A stretch of 64,000 bases of DNA. It comes from Azolla caroliniana. Its lineage: Eukaryota > Plantae > Polypodiophyta. Below are positions 10,823 through 21,600 of the stretch, in pieces (position 1 is the stretch's first letter; every line of letters begins with the position of its first letter). The stretch covers positions 3,100,001 through 3,164,000 of the forward strand of contig JBHGNT010000004.1 of assembly GCA_043228905.1 (NCBI GenBank), written 5' to 3'. The notes under the pieces are model-generated. The model ran no database searches, was not told the DNA's origin, and worked only from the letters and a program-made list of their open reading frames with translations. Both the position numbers and the translations under genes were made by a program.

Positions 10823-12429
10823 CGATTGTTTTTGGCTGAGGTTTTGTATTTCATCATTTTCGATGAATTTTCATGTGGAATTTGAGTATTGGAGATCTAC
10901 AACAAGGAAACCTCCCTAGGACAAGTGATCGATTTAATGAGCAATATAAAAAATGTGAGATAATTATAATGTCAAACAAGTTCAAACTATACAAATGACC
11001 GTTCTTTACGGTTCCCTTCCTTTCTTGAAATTCGAAGGGAATTGGGTGTTTGATTGTACATTAGACATCAAGATGGATAATATTCTTATGTTGGAGATCA
11101 TCCAAGACAGAACAATTCTTTTATTGCTTTGCATGTTCTATGATAATAGGCTTGTTTCAACAAAGCTGGGAGATGTCAAATGCTATATTTTGCTAAGTGC
11201 CTCTATATTTTGGGAGATGATAGATGGAAGCAACACCTTTTTGAGTTTGCCAAGTGTTGGTTCTTAGTCTCAGTGCATTAATCCATCTTCAAGATTGTTA
11301 GGATTATTGTGCATTAAGGAATGCTAGAGTTTTCAACCATGCGAACCTCATGCAGTCTTTTTAGAAGCTTGAAAGTATATGTTTTCATTTCTCCAATAAA
11401 ACTTGATGAACTATCTCTCTCAATTAGTGTGTAATTCCTACCTTGATTAAGTATAGATTAACATGATGAAGAGAAATGTAAATAATCAAAATGGTGGATG
11501 TGAATTGCATTCTACTTTGTCGAGCAACCCTAGTATTGTTAGGCTTATTAGCTTATTAACCAACCCTTGTCTTCGTTCTTGCTTAGGGATAGGTTTGTTA
11601 TTACCTCATTCCAATTTTATTATCTATTATACATGGCTCTTCAAGTCTTTAAGAAGGTCCAATGTTTGGAATGTATTTTAGTTGGTTTGATTGAATCAAC
11701 ATTTCATAGCTTTACTTCTAACTGTTTCCCAATAGTCTACGCTAGTCAACTATGATACCTCTTTCGCTTGGACTCCCCATCATGGCTTGGATGTTTGGAT
11801 GACCTGAAATCGGGGCACTTGATTCACCGAGTGAACCACAAAATGAATAATCAAACGAAACCCAAGTATCTTAATAACAATGAGCCTTTCGGTAATATAT
11901 CACTTTGGCACACTTGTGTGACTTTGGTATTGGACTAATATTTAAGAGTTAATTGAAAAGAATAAGCAAACAAGACCATACATAGAAAGCAAAATGTATT
12001 GTGTCATTTTTTGGCACCACTTCAATTAATGCAAAGGCATCTTTGATTCATTAAATAAATGCTAGACTTTAACAAATACATGCATAGGCAACTCTTATTC
12101 AAACTGTGTGGTTAAGCTTGTTATCTCAATATGTTAAATTTGGTTTTAATACAACTAGCCACATGTTAAGGTTGGTCGCTAAACACGTGTGGTCGTGGTG
12201 AAACTGAATTGCCACATAAAGGATGGATATTTAATAAACAATCTTATGGTAATGTGATAGGAATTGTTACCATGTAATGCATGGATGAGGTGCAGGCATC
12301 CCATAGAAGGCATAATGTCACCATCACCTCAATTGTTAACACAAGAGATGATTAAAATTGAAGCGCACATACTAGTTAAGGACATCATGCATGAGAAAGG
12401 GAGATATATTATCGTATTTTTTAACAATG

Positions 12430-12790
12430 AGGAGAGATATCATACGCACACAACATATAACCTTCTCATATATTATTCAGGAGATTGCAAGCATATATTC
12501 ACTTAGCACCTACAGTTCTTCCATTCACCTCCAAAGATGGTCATGATGTAACATATCAAAAGCTTTCTTAAAGTCTACAAAGCAACAATATAAACCTTTA
12601 CCTCTAAGGTAACTTTCCTCCATTAATACTCAAAGGGTGATAAGGTGATCAATGGGGACATGGTGTTTTCGAAAGCCAGCTTGTCCATAAGGTCTCTTAC
12701 TATTTTTTTCAGCACATGCACGTATCATAGAAATGGCCATGATATCAAACATTATGATTACATACTAATGATAAGCAACACAAGAACACA
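12430..12790 (-). mobile_element. Degenerate non-LTR (RTE-like) reverse transcriptase fragment
   Basis: Minus strand reads YGQAGFRKHHVPIDHLITL*VLMEESYLRGKGLYCCFVDFKKAFDMLHHDHLWR*MEEL, i.e. the QxGF and FVDFxKAFD RT motifs with stops. Confidence 0.85.
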
Positions 12791-13202
12791 AGATGCCACA
12801 ATGACAATATACACCTTCTTTTGACAAGCCAAAGATCACGTAATTCAGGTAAAATTACATTGATCTGCTCAAAAACTCTTGCTCTTAGGAATGCCGACTG
12901 ACAAATCTATACCTTGTAACAAGACAATACATTGATGCATGCCTCGCATACTTAACATGCAACATTATGACACTCATTAAAAGTAAAGGTGTAATGACAA
13001 TGGTCAGGAAAAGGGTACCTTATCCGATGGTTGAGCTTCTCGACTGTGAATGGAACGCGACCTTACCAAAGACCTATTGGTTTTTTTTTGGATGAGGCTT
13101 TCAGTGTTTTTTCCTCATGACTTACTCTTGCAAACGGGATCCGAATCGGCAAACCACCAAAGCATTCTCTCCAAGGCACTGAGAGGACTTGAAAGGAGCT
13201 CT

Positions 13203-13388
13203 ATAATAAATAATAATAATAACCGTAATGACGATGATAATAATACTAATAACAATGATGATGATAATAATACTAATAATGATCACGATAATAATACTAA
13301 TAATGATCATAATGATGATGATGATGATAATAATGACAAGATTAATCATAATACCACTACTACTAATGATGATGATGATAATAATAAC
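13203..13388. repeat. Compound (AAT/GAT)n trinucleotide tract
   Basis: Seen directly; it produces the spurious poly-N/D and poly-I ORFs in the track. Confidence 0.95.
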
Positions 13389-13458
13389 CAGTGTGTTATT
13401 AGCATTAATTATTAGTTTGCACATGTTAACAGCCCAAGAAGAAGACGAAGAAGAAGGA

Positions 13459-13503
13459 AAAACCCTAACGAAGAAGGAAGTACGATAACATCAGAAACCC
13501 TAA
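13459..13503 (+). promoter_or_regulatory. Two telobox motifs (AAACCCTAA) near the ASI1-like 5' end
   Basis: AAACCCTAA at ~13460 and ~13495, followed by UTR-like sequence and AG acceptors (13652, 13717, 13929) before the ATG. Confidence 0.5.
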
Positions 13504-13959
13504 TTCTGACGGGAAGGAGGTCGACAGCAGAAGCTCAGCTCCTCTGTCGTCGTCCTCGACTTCTCACAAAACGGCAAGTCTCCAATTTTTGTTTCCGTTT
13601 CTTTTTTCCCTCTATTACTTCCCCCGTTCCGTCGTGTTTCCGTCGTTTGCAGGAGCTTCCCGTTTCAATTTAATTTCTCTGCGGGTAAACCTTACCTAAT
13701 GTTCTGGATTCTTTCAGGCGATTCTTGATGATTCACCATTTCTGTTTGCTTTTCCAGTCTCCCCTTCAATGTTTTTTCTATGCTATATTTCATGAGCTTT
13801 TTGTTTTCTTTGCTGTTTCTCTATTCCATAAGCCTCCATCTTTATCTTTCTATGCTCTGCAAGAGCTTCCGTTTCCTTTTGGCTCAACCAAACATCAAAT
13901 TCTGGGATTTTTATGTATACTATTTCCAGGAGTTTCTTGATGACACGGTCATTCCAGCC

Positions 13960-16900
13960 ATGGGTGACGAAGCAGACATACAATGGGGAAACTTAAAGGA
14001 AGATTCCACTTCTTTGAAGCTTTACTCTTCCTTCTTCAGTGAAGGTGTAGAATACAAGCTTTATGACAACGTGGAGGTGTACAATGACACCGAGGAGCCT
14101 TACATTGGCAAGATCGTTAAGCTTTGGGAGGACAAATCGAGTGGAGAAAGGAAAGTATTGATTCGGTGGTTCTTCAAGAATAAAGAATTGAAAGCAAAGC
14201 CAGATGGTAACCCAAAAGAAGTGTTTCTTGCTTTTGGCAAAGGAAAAGGAGTCACCAACGAGAATGAATTGGTAATCTGAACAAAAATATATATTAATTT
14301 CTTCAAAGTTTGTATATTTTGCATAAATTCAACAAACATGATCTAATTTGATTGAATATATGCTTGATTCCGAGGATTTATAGACCTTCTGCATACATCA
14401 AATTGTCCTTGTGCATATCAAGCATTTGTAGACATCATCCATATTTTTTTTTTTCATACATTGGTTAGCATTCATTGTGCATAGTGCTTCTTGCATTGCA
14501 GTCTGTTGAAATCTCATACAGTGCCATGTCCAAACTTTATCAGTTCGAAGTTTCTATTGTGCGTGCGCTTTTTGAGCAATGTGTAGACATTTGTTTTTTT
14601 TGTTAGGATAATGTGCTCAATGCCTAAGTTTATTATCTGAAATTTTTCAGTAGGAGTGTTGATTATCTCCCATTTTTTTCTTGATTTTCTTTCAGGAGGT
14701 CATCTGTGGTAAGTGCACTATCTTGTGCACAAGTGAAGATGTTCGAAACAAGCAGCCATCACCTGAAGACCTTAAAAATGCAGATTATTTTTTCTCACAA
14801 ATTTATAACGTTGATCTTCAGCACTTTACTCCGATACACAAAGTAGTTAATAAGCTTGGTTGTCATGGTAGGCCTAAATAATGACATGATTAAAGATACA
14901 TAGGATGTCTGAAAATGCTTTATTATAAACTAGTTCTCTGTGTTTTAGTTGTTTATAATAAACAGGAATGGGTCACCAGCATCGATGCATCAGGTGGAGT
15001 GCCAAAAGCAATGGCAAAAACACAGAATGAGTTTATTCCAAGAAAAACCATTCACTTGGATTCGAGAAAAAGGCCAAGAGATTCTGAAGTACCTGATATA
15101 CAAGGAAGAGAAATGGACCCGCAACCAGATTCAAAGAAATATCAGCTGAACGCTAAGAAACCAACTGTTTCTTTTGCTCCTTCTGAAACACTAGCAAAAG
15201 TCAGTGACATTATTCAAAAAAAAGAGAAAGATTCAACTTTGCACAAAACAGGCAAGACTGATGTACCAATGAGGAAACAGCCATCTGAAAATAAGGGTTC
15301 TGGTTCCGTTCAGGAGGATGTTTCATTGAGCAAGGATACCTTACCAGGTGGCATAAACTTAGTTATTGACAAATATGAGATTACGAAGGTAGAAAGTCAA
15401 TCAATGAATGAGGAGGGCATAGATAATATACCTCAGCCCAAAGTTAGTGATGCAGATAAAAAACAACTTACGAAGGTGAGTGACATCTCAAGACCTGCCA
15501 GAATAATAGAAGATTTTCGATCTAATGAAAACGTAGAACAGATAAAACTTGACAAGGTGAGAGGGCAATCTCCTGGGGAGACACAAGAAAAGAAGGTAAA
15601 ACCTAACACAGATTTGCAGGCGATAAAGAGTATTCCAACAAGTGAGCCAGCTAAGAAATTTGTAAGTATTATTCATATTATATTCGACATCGATAATGGC
15701 TTATAGAAACATCAACAGTGTTACCCACATCCAAATATACTTTAATATATTATATGCATTTTCAGGTATGCATATGCATCTCATCTACATTTGGAGCTAT
15801 ATCTTACAAAAAATTGATTGGTTACAGGAGAAGCGGGAAATTCTCAAGGATTTGGTAAGTATGGGAGAAAGAAGAATACACTGTTTTTCTGGTATGATTC
15901 TCAAACTGATGTACATATTTGTATATGAACAATATGTCTTTTTGCAGCAATGGGAGGATAGGTTGGAACAAGGTATCCGATTTGGAAAAGTCTTGCTCCT
16001 CCAAAACTTTGATCCACAACTGACTTCAGCAGATGTACGAGTAAGTGAAAACTCAGCATCTTTGTTTGCCTTGTTCAATGTAAGGAGAAGAGAGTGAAAC
16101 ATATAATGGTGTCACATGAAGAGTTATGGGACACACTGTTAACACAGTCAACTGTCTACTAAGAACAAAACATGAAACTAAAGTTGAGATTATGGTGAGC
16201 AATCAAGGTCACAATGAGTTTAATGTACCTTGCTCGCCATATATAATGACACTCTCTTAACTATCCATGTATTTTGGATGCAGTTCTGTATTAAAATACA
16301 CGTTAATATAACAATCCAAAAGTTGTAAGAGTGTGAACCCAACATAGCGTCAAAACAATGAGTTTAACATACCTTGCTTGCCATATACAATGATGCTCCC
16401 TTAACTACCCATGTATTTTGGATGCAGTTCTGTATAAAAATACACGTTAATATCACAATCCAAAAGCCGTAAGACTGTGAACCCAACATAGCGTGGAACT
16501 AAAGTGATAAGCATGGCGATGAGGAATATATATGGGGGTGATGAGTTTCACATACCTTGTTTTCAATATATAATGATATCCGTTATTCTTCTTTATGGGT
16601 TGTAATAGGGGCATGGAGACTGTGGTGCCACTCCGGCCGACAAACATGTACTAATCAAAGCCTTCAATGTGCTCACACCCACGCTATAAGGTTACTAATA
16701 ACAATAGAAAATGAGCATATAATTAAATAGTTAAATTTTTTATCAATAGAGTAGATAGATACAAAAGGGAGAATAGAAGATGATTTTCTTCCCTCCAATA
16801 CTAAGCTTGGCACTTGGGTTTGCTTAAGTTAATGACTAATACATACTCTAAAAAGGAGGGAGCCCCCTTCTAACACTAAAACTAAGGTTTAAATAGGAGG

Positions 16901-18463
16901 GAGAGGCTACATTGATGAGCCACTCATATTAATTGACTCTTTATTTCTGCTTATATATGTTCCATGATCTTATGCTCCAATTTTAACATGCTACTCTAAA
17001 TAGTTAATTTTTCTTCATATTCTCAAAATACTCCTCTAATATTTATAATCTATAGTCTATATATCTTGCAATTTATATTGTTGGGCATATCTGTCCTGTT
17101 TATCCGAAATACATATCCCCCATTCGATGGCCAACGCTTACAAAAGATATCATTAGTACAATCAAAATGTTGTGCTATTAACACGATATTTTACTAAACA
17201 TAAAAGTAAAGTTGGAAGCATGGTGAGGAATGACAAAGAGGATAATAAGCTTTATATATCTTTCTTTCCGTATGCAATGCCCCCGTTCACCGTAGGTTGT
17301 AATGCCTACAGTCAAGAGTCATTAATAAGTCTACACTGAAGCACTAGAATGAGTTCTCAAACATATAACCACATGCACAATGTTGATTGTCTATGGCATG
17401 TTAGAGGCATTTAGCCCGTTTTGTTTAAAAAAAATATTTGTTATTTGTCTCTTTTTTGCATATATATATTTTCTCCAGACATCAAATGTATGTACTATGC
17501 AGACAAAAACATATGTTGAAGATATAGTGAAGATTTGGGAATATGATCTTGCAATATTTTGTTCTTGCAGGAAATGTTGAAAAGTGTTTTCCAAGGAATC
17601 ATTGATGCTCAAGTTCTACCTCATGAAAAGCATTTCCCATACGGTAATATTATTGCATTGTTGCTGTTCTAAGTTAAAAAGAATGGTACAATTACTGAAC
17701 TAAAATCAATAGCCTATTATGTCTTATGATCTGCAGGTCAAGCATTGGCAATATTTAAAACGAAATCATTTGCAGAGGCTGCTTTAGAAGAGATGGAGGA
17801 AAAATGTCTAGTGATGACAGATCATATGAGGTAAAATTATTTCTGAATTCTGTGTTGTGCTTCATTTAGGTATTTTTCAAAATATTCATGAAATTTCTCA
17901 TATTCATGCCCATGAACAGATCAATTATTGCTTACAAAGTCAAGGAACCTGCAAAATTAATGGGGTTTCCAGGTCATCTACCATTGGATAAACTAAAGCT
18001 GAACAGAAGCAGTCAAAATGAAGACTATGTATATCTCTTTTTCTGGAGATTTTTACTCTCATCACCATCCATTTAAACTCCTCAAATAATGACCTTTTTA
18101 TATAAGCAATTATTTGGAATTGTATGCTGGTAGTACTGACTTATAAATTGGAAATAGAACAAGTTTGAAGTTTAATGTGACGGTTAACTGTTGCAGAGGA
18201 AGGCACTTTCCACTTCTCACTGTTCGCAGCCAAACACAATTGAATATGAAATGGCAATGGAATGGAGACATCTCCAAGAAATTATGCAGACATGCCAAAA
18301 CGAATTGTTCAGGGTGCTCAGCTTCTTTCAATTGAATGTCTGCATTATGTGCCCTCAGCTTATGATGGGGTAAATCTGACTTACTTGCCTTTGAATTTTT
18401 TGTTCCCAGAAACAGAGAAAGGAACTTGAAGATTTGAAACGATGCACTAACACCAGGAGTTAG
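13960..18463 (+). CDS. ASI1: ANTI-SILENCING 1-like (ASI1/IBM2/SG1) BAH + RRM protein; exons 13960-14271, 14696-14867, 14949-15661, 15828-15854, 15948-16040, 17571-17643, 17737-17830, 17920-18028, 18197-18313, 18410-18463; ~587 aa
   Basis: BAH (GVEYKLYD...EPYIGKIVKLWE...RWFF...KEVFLAFGKGKGVTNENELEVICGKC...SEDVRNKQPS), RRM (VLLLQNFDP...YGQALAIFKT), and the ASI1-type C-terminal STSHCSQPNTIEYEMAMEW. All ten exons join in frame at GT-AG sites; the last donor (GTGCTC) is weak. Confidence 0.88.
16211..16590. repeat. 144-bp tandem duplication plus a partial third copy in ASI1 intron 5
   Basis: ACAATGAGTTTAA...GTGAACCCAACATAGCGT at 16211 and 16355; degenerate ATGAGTTTCACATACCTTG at ~16541. Confidence 0.9.
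16601..17142 (-). mobile_element. Probable solo LTR in ASI1 intron 5
   Basis: TGTAA...TTACA inverted termini, 542 bp, minus-strand CCTATTTAAA TATA-like box near 16890. No matching target duplication seen. Confidence 0.45.
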
Positions 18464-18686
18464 TCCATTTGACTGGTGAGGTTATCAATTGGGAAGTTTG
18501 TCATGGAGTTTGTTTACGTCCTTGTTGTCCCTGTTGTAATCTTGCTTTGTCGGTTAATTTTTGCATATGCGCCTTCCTTTGGATAATGAAGGAATTTCAA
18601 TACAGGCCACAAATCGCACATTTTTTGAGATTGATGTTCTTAAGCAGGTGAAGTTCATATTTATTAATGATCTCTGTATGTGCATG

Positions 18687-21600
18687 TGTGAGAAAAGCTG
18701 TTAATAGCAGCAGCGGAAGACTTAAAACAAAATAGGCACAGCCAAGCTGTGAGAAGGCTGTTAGACAGCAGTAGAAAAAATGGTTGCAAAGAGTAGAGAC
18801 ACAGCCAAGGAATAGAGCTTGTTTTAAGTAGCAAAAAAGAAAATGAAAACTTATACAAAAGAGGCTGGTATAGCCTATTTATACAAAATTGGGGAATGTG
18901 GGTGAAATGGCTGTTTGGTAGTTAAGTGACTCTTGTACTACCAAACAGGTACAAAAAACTAGGAATATCTTGGAAAAGGTAGAAGAGAGAAAAGGCATTT
19001 AAAGCATTGCAGATTCTAGAGAGAGAAGGCATTTAAAGAGTTGCAGATTCTAGAGAGAGAAGAATCTGAGAAAAGAGAGAATGTAGTACAAAGATAATAA
19101 ATATGAAAGAGAGTGCAGGGCTGGAGCTGCCACCCTCCAACACCTCCTCTCAGCTCCAGAATGGCAGTCCAACATTGAGTCGATCAAGGAGCTGATCAAT
19201 GGCTTGCCTTGGAAGTGGCTTAGTAAATAAATCAGCCACATTTTCTTGAGTAGGGCAATATGCCAAGTTGATGACTTGTGATTTCACTAAGTCACGAACA
19301 AAATGGTAGTGCACTTCGATGTGTTTTGTTCTACCATGAAATGCTGAGCTATGTGCCAAGGCACGTGCACTTTGGCTGTCGGTGAAAACTGCAATAGGAG
19401 AGGTTTGCAAAACACCAATGTGAGAAAACAATTGCATCAACCATAGCAACTCACAGCAAGTATCCAAGTAGGCGCGATATTCAGCTTCCGTCGATGAAGT
19501 AGAAACTGAGTTTTGCTTCTTCGATTTCCAAGAAATCAAGCCTGAACCTAACATAAAACAATAGCCAGATGTGGACCTTCTAGAATCAATATCACCTGCC
19601 CAATCAGCATCTGAGTAGCCAACAAGCTCAATGCCGCCTCTAAAAGATAGACCATAGTCGAGTGTGTTGGCCAAATACCGAAGAACTCGAATAGCTGCTT
19701 GCCAATGACTTTGTCTTGGAGCAGTTGAGAATTGGCTGAGAATACTCACGCTATAGGACAAATCAGGCCTGGTATAAGTTAAGTGAAGAAGGGACCCGAG
19801 TAATCTCCTATATTTCGTGATATCCTCAAATATGGGAGAATCGTCTTCACGAGATAGCTTTGAGTTTGGATCCATTGGACAGGAGAGTGGCTTGCAATTT
19901 GTCATGCTATAGGTCTCAAGGAGTTGCCTGAGATACCTATGTTGGCTGAGAAAGATACCACCATGTGATTGATAGACCTCCATACCTATGAAATAATGGA
20001 GAAGTCCTAGATCAGTCATTTCAAAGGTTGTTTTGAGGTCAGCGCGGACCTCCTCGATTTTAGATGCAAGGGACCCTGTAATTAGAAGGTCGTCAACATA
20101 TAATATGATCAAGCAAAGCAAATTATCTTGGGAAAAAACATAGAGATTGCTGTCAGCATTACAGTTTTGAAACCCAAGAGAAAGAAAGAAGCTATCAATT
20201 TTGTCATGCCAAGCTTTGGGAGCTTGCTTTAAGCCATACAAGGCTTTGTGTAACTTGTAGACCATGTTTTTCTGCTCTAAAATCTCTAAACCTGGAGGCT
20301 GTTCAACATAAACCTCCTCTTTCAAGTCACCGTTAAGGAAGGCTGACTTGACATCCATTTGAAAAATGGCCCATTTGTTGTGAGCAGCAAGTGCAAGCGC
20401 ACATCGAATAGATGTGTACCTTGCTGTTGGAGCAAAAGTTTCCTCATAATCCACTCCTTCAACTTGTGAGTAGCCTTTTGCCACTAAACGTGCCTTGTGC
20501 TTATCCAAAGTACCATCAGCATGGTATTTGGTCTTGAAAATCCATTTCAATCCAATGACTTGTCGATGTGGAGGCCGTGGGACCAGCTCCCATGTATGAT
20601 TCCGCTCAATGGAATCAAGTTCAACTTCCATTGCTGCTTTCCACTTTGGAAGAACAAGGGCCTCTTTTGCTGTTGTGGGTTCTTTTGATTGCACAACAGT
20701 GCACAATAAGGCAAAGTTGCATGAGTGAAGAGGCCGTTGTGACTTACGTGTTCGAGAACTAGATGTATACTCATGAAGTTCAGCATCGGAGAGATGAGAA
20801 TCACGAATGGTGGCTTGAAGCCACTTGGGAAGTGGTGGAAGCTGGTTTGTAGAGGGAGTGGAAACAAGTGGAGTTGAGGGAGAGGTTTGAATTGTTGGCG
20901 AAGTTAGAGATTGAGTAGGAGGAGATGGGAGGCTTGAAGATGAGACATCTTCATCTAAAATAGGAGATTCCGGAGGAGCTTGGATTTCAACCATGAACTC
21001 AGGTAAAATCCTAGAGTCATCCGGCTGAGACTCCACAAAATGAACATCCCTAGATATGACTAGGGACTTTGACTCTAAATCCCATAACCTGTATGCTTTA
21101 GATTGTGTGCTGTAACCAAGAAATTTGCATTTCTTGGTTTTGGACTCAAATTTCGTCCTTTTATGATCTGAAATGTGAACATAAGCATCACAACCAAAGA
21201 CTTTAAAATGAGATACTGAGGGCTTTACACCTGTAAATGCTTCTTCAGGCGTCATTCTAGCAACTGCTTTTGTTGGGCAGCAGTTGATGATGTAGACTGC
21301 TGTGTTGACAGCTTCACCCCAAAACGAGAGAGGAAGATCAGATTGAGATAGCATCGTATGAGCCATCTCTTGGACTGTCCGGTTCTTCCTTTCCACGACT
21401 CCATTTTGTTGAGGAGTATTGGGTGTAGAAAATTGGCGAGCAATGCCTCGTTGAGAGCAGAAATGGTCGAAAGCTTTGGAGATAAACTCTCCACCATTGT
21501 CTGACCTGATCTTTCGAACTTTCTTCGATGTCTCGTTCTCCACGAGAGCTACCCATTCTTGAAATTTTGCGAAGGCTTGGGATTTTTCTACAAGAAAATA

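Noticed and set aside
13050-13488. Poly-N/D, poly-I and M/I-rich ORFs
   Set aside because: They are translations of an (AAT/GAT)n microsatellite.
16211-16590. Intronic snoRNA cluster
   Set aside because: One GTGATGA but no properly placed CTGA box, terminal stem or recognisable rRNA guide; better explained as tandem duplication.
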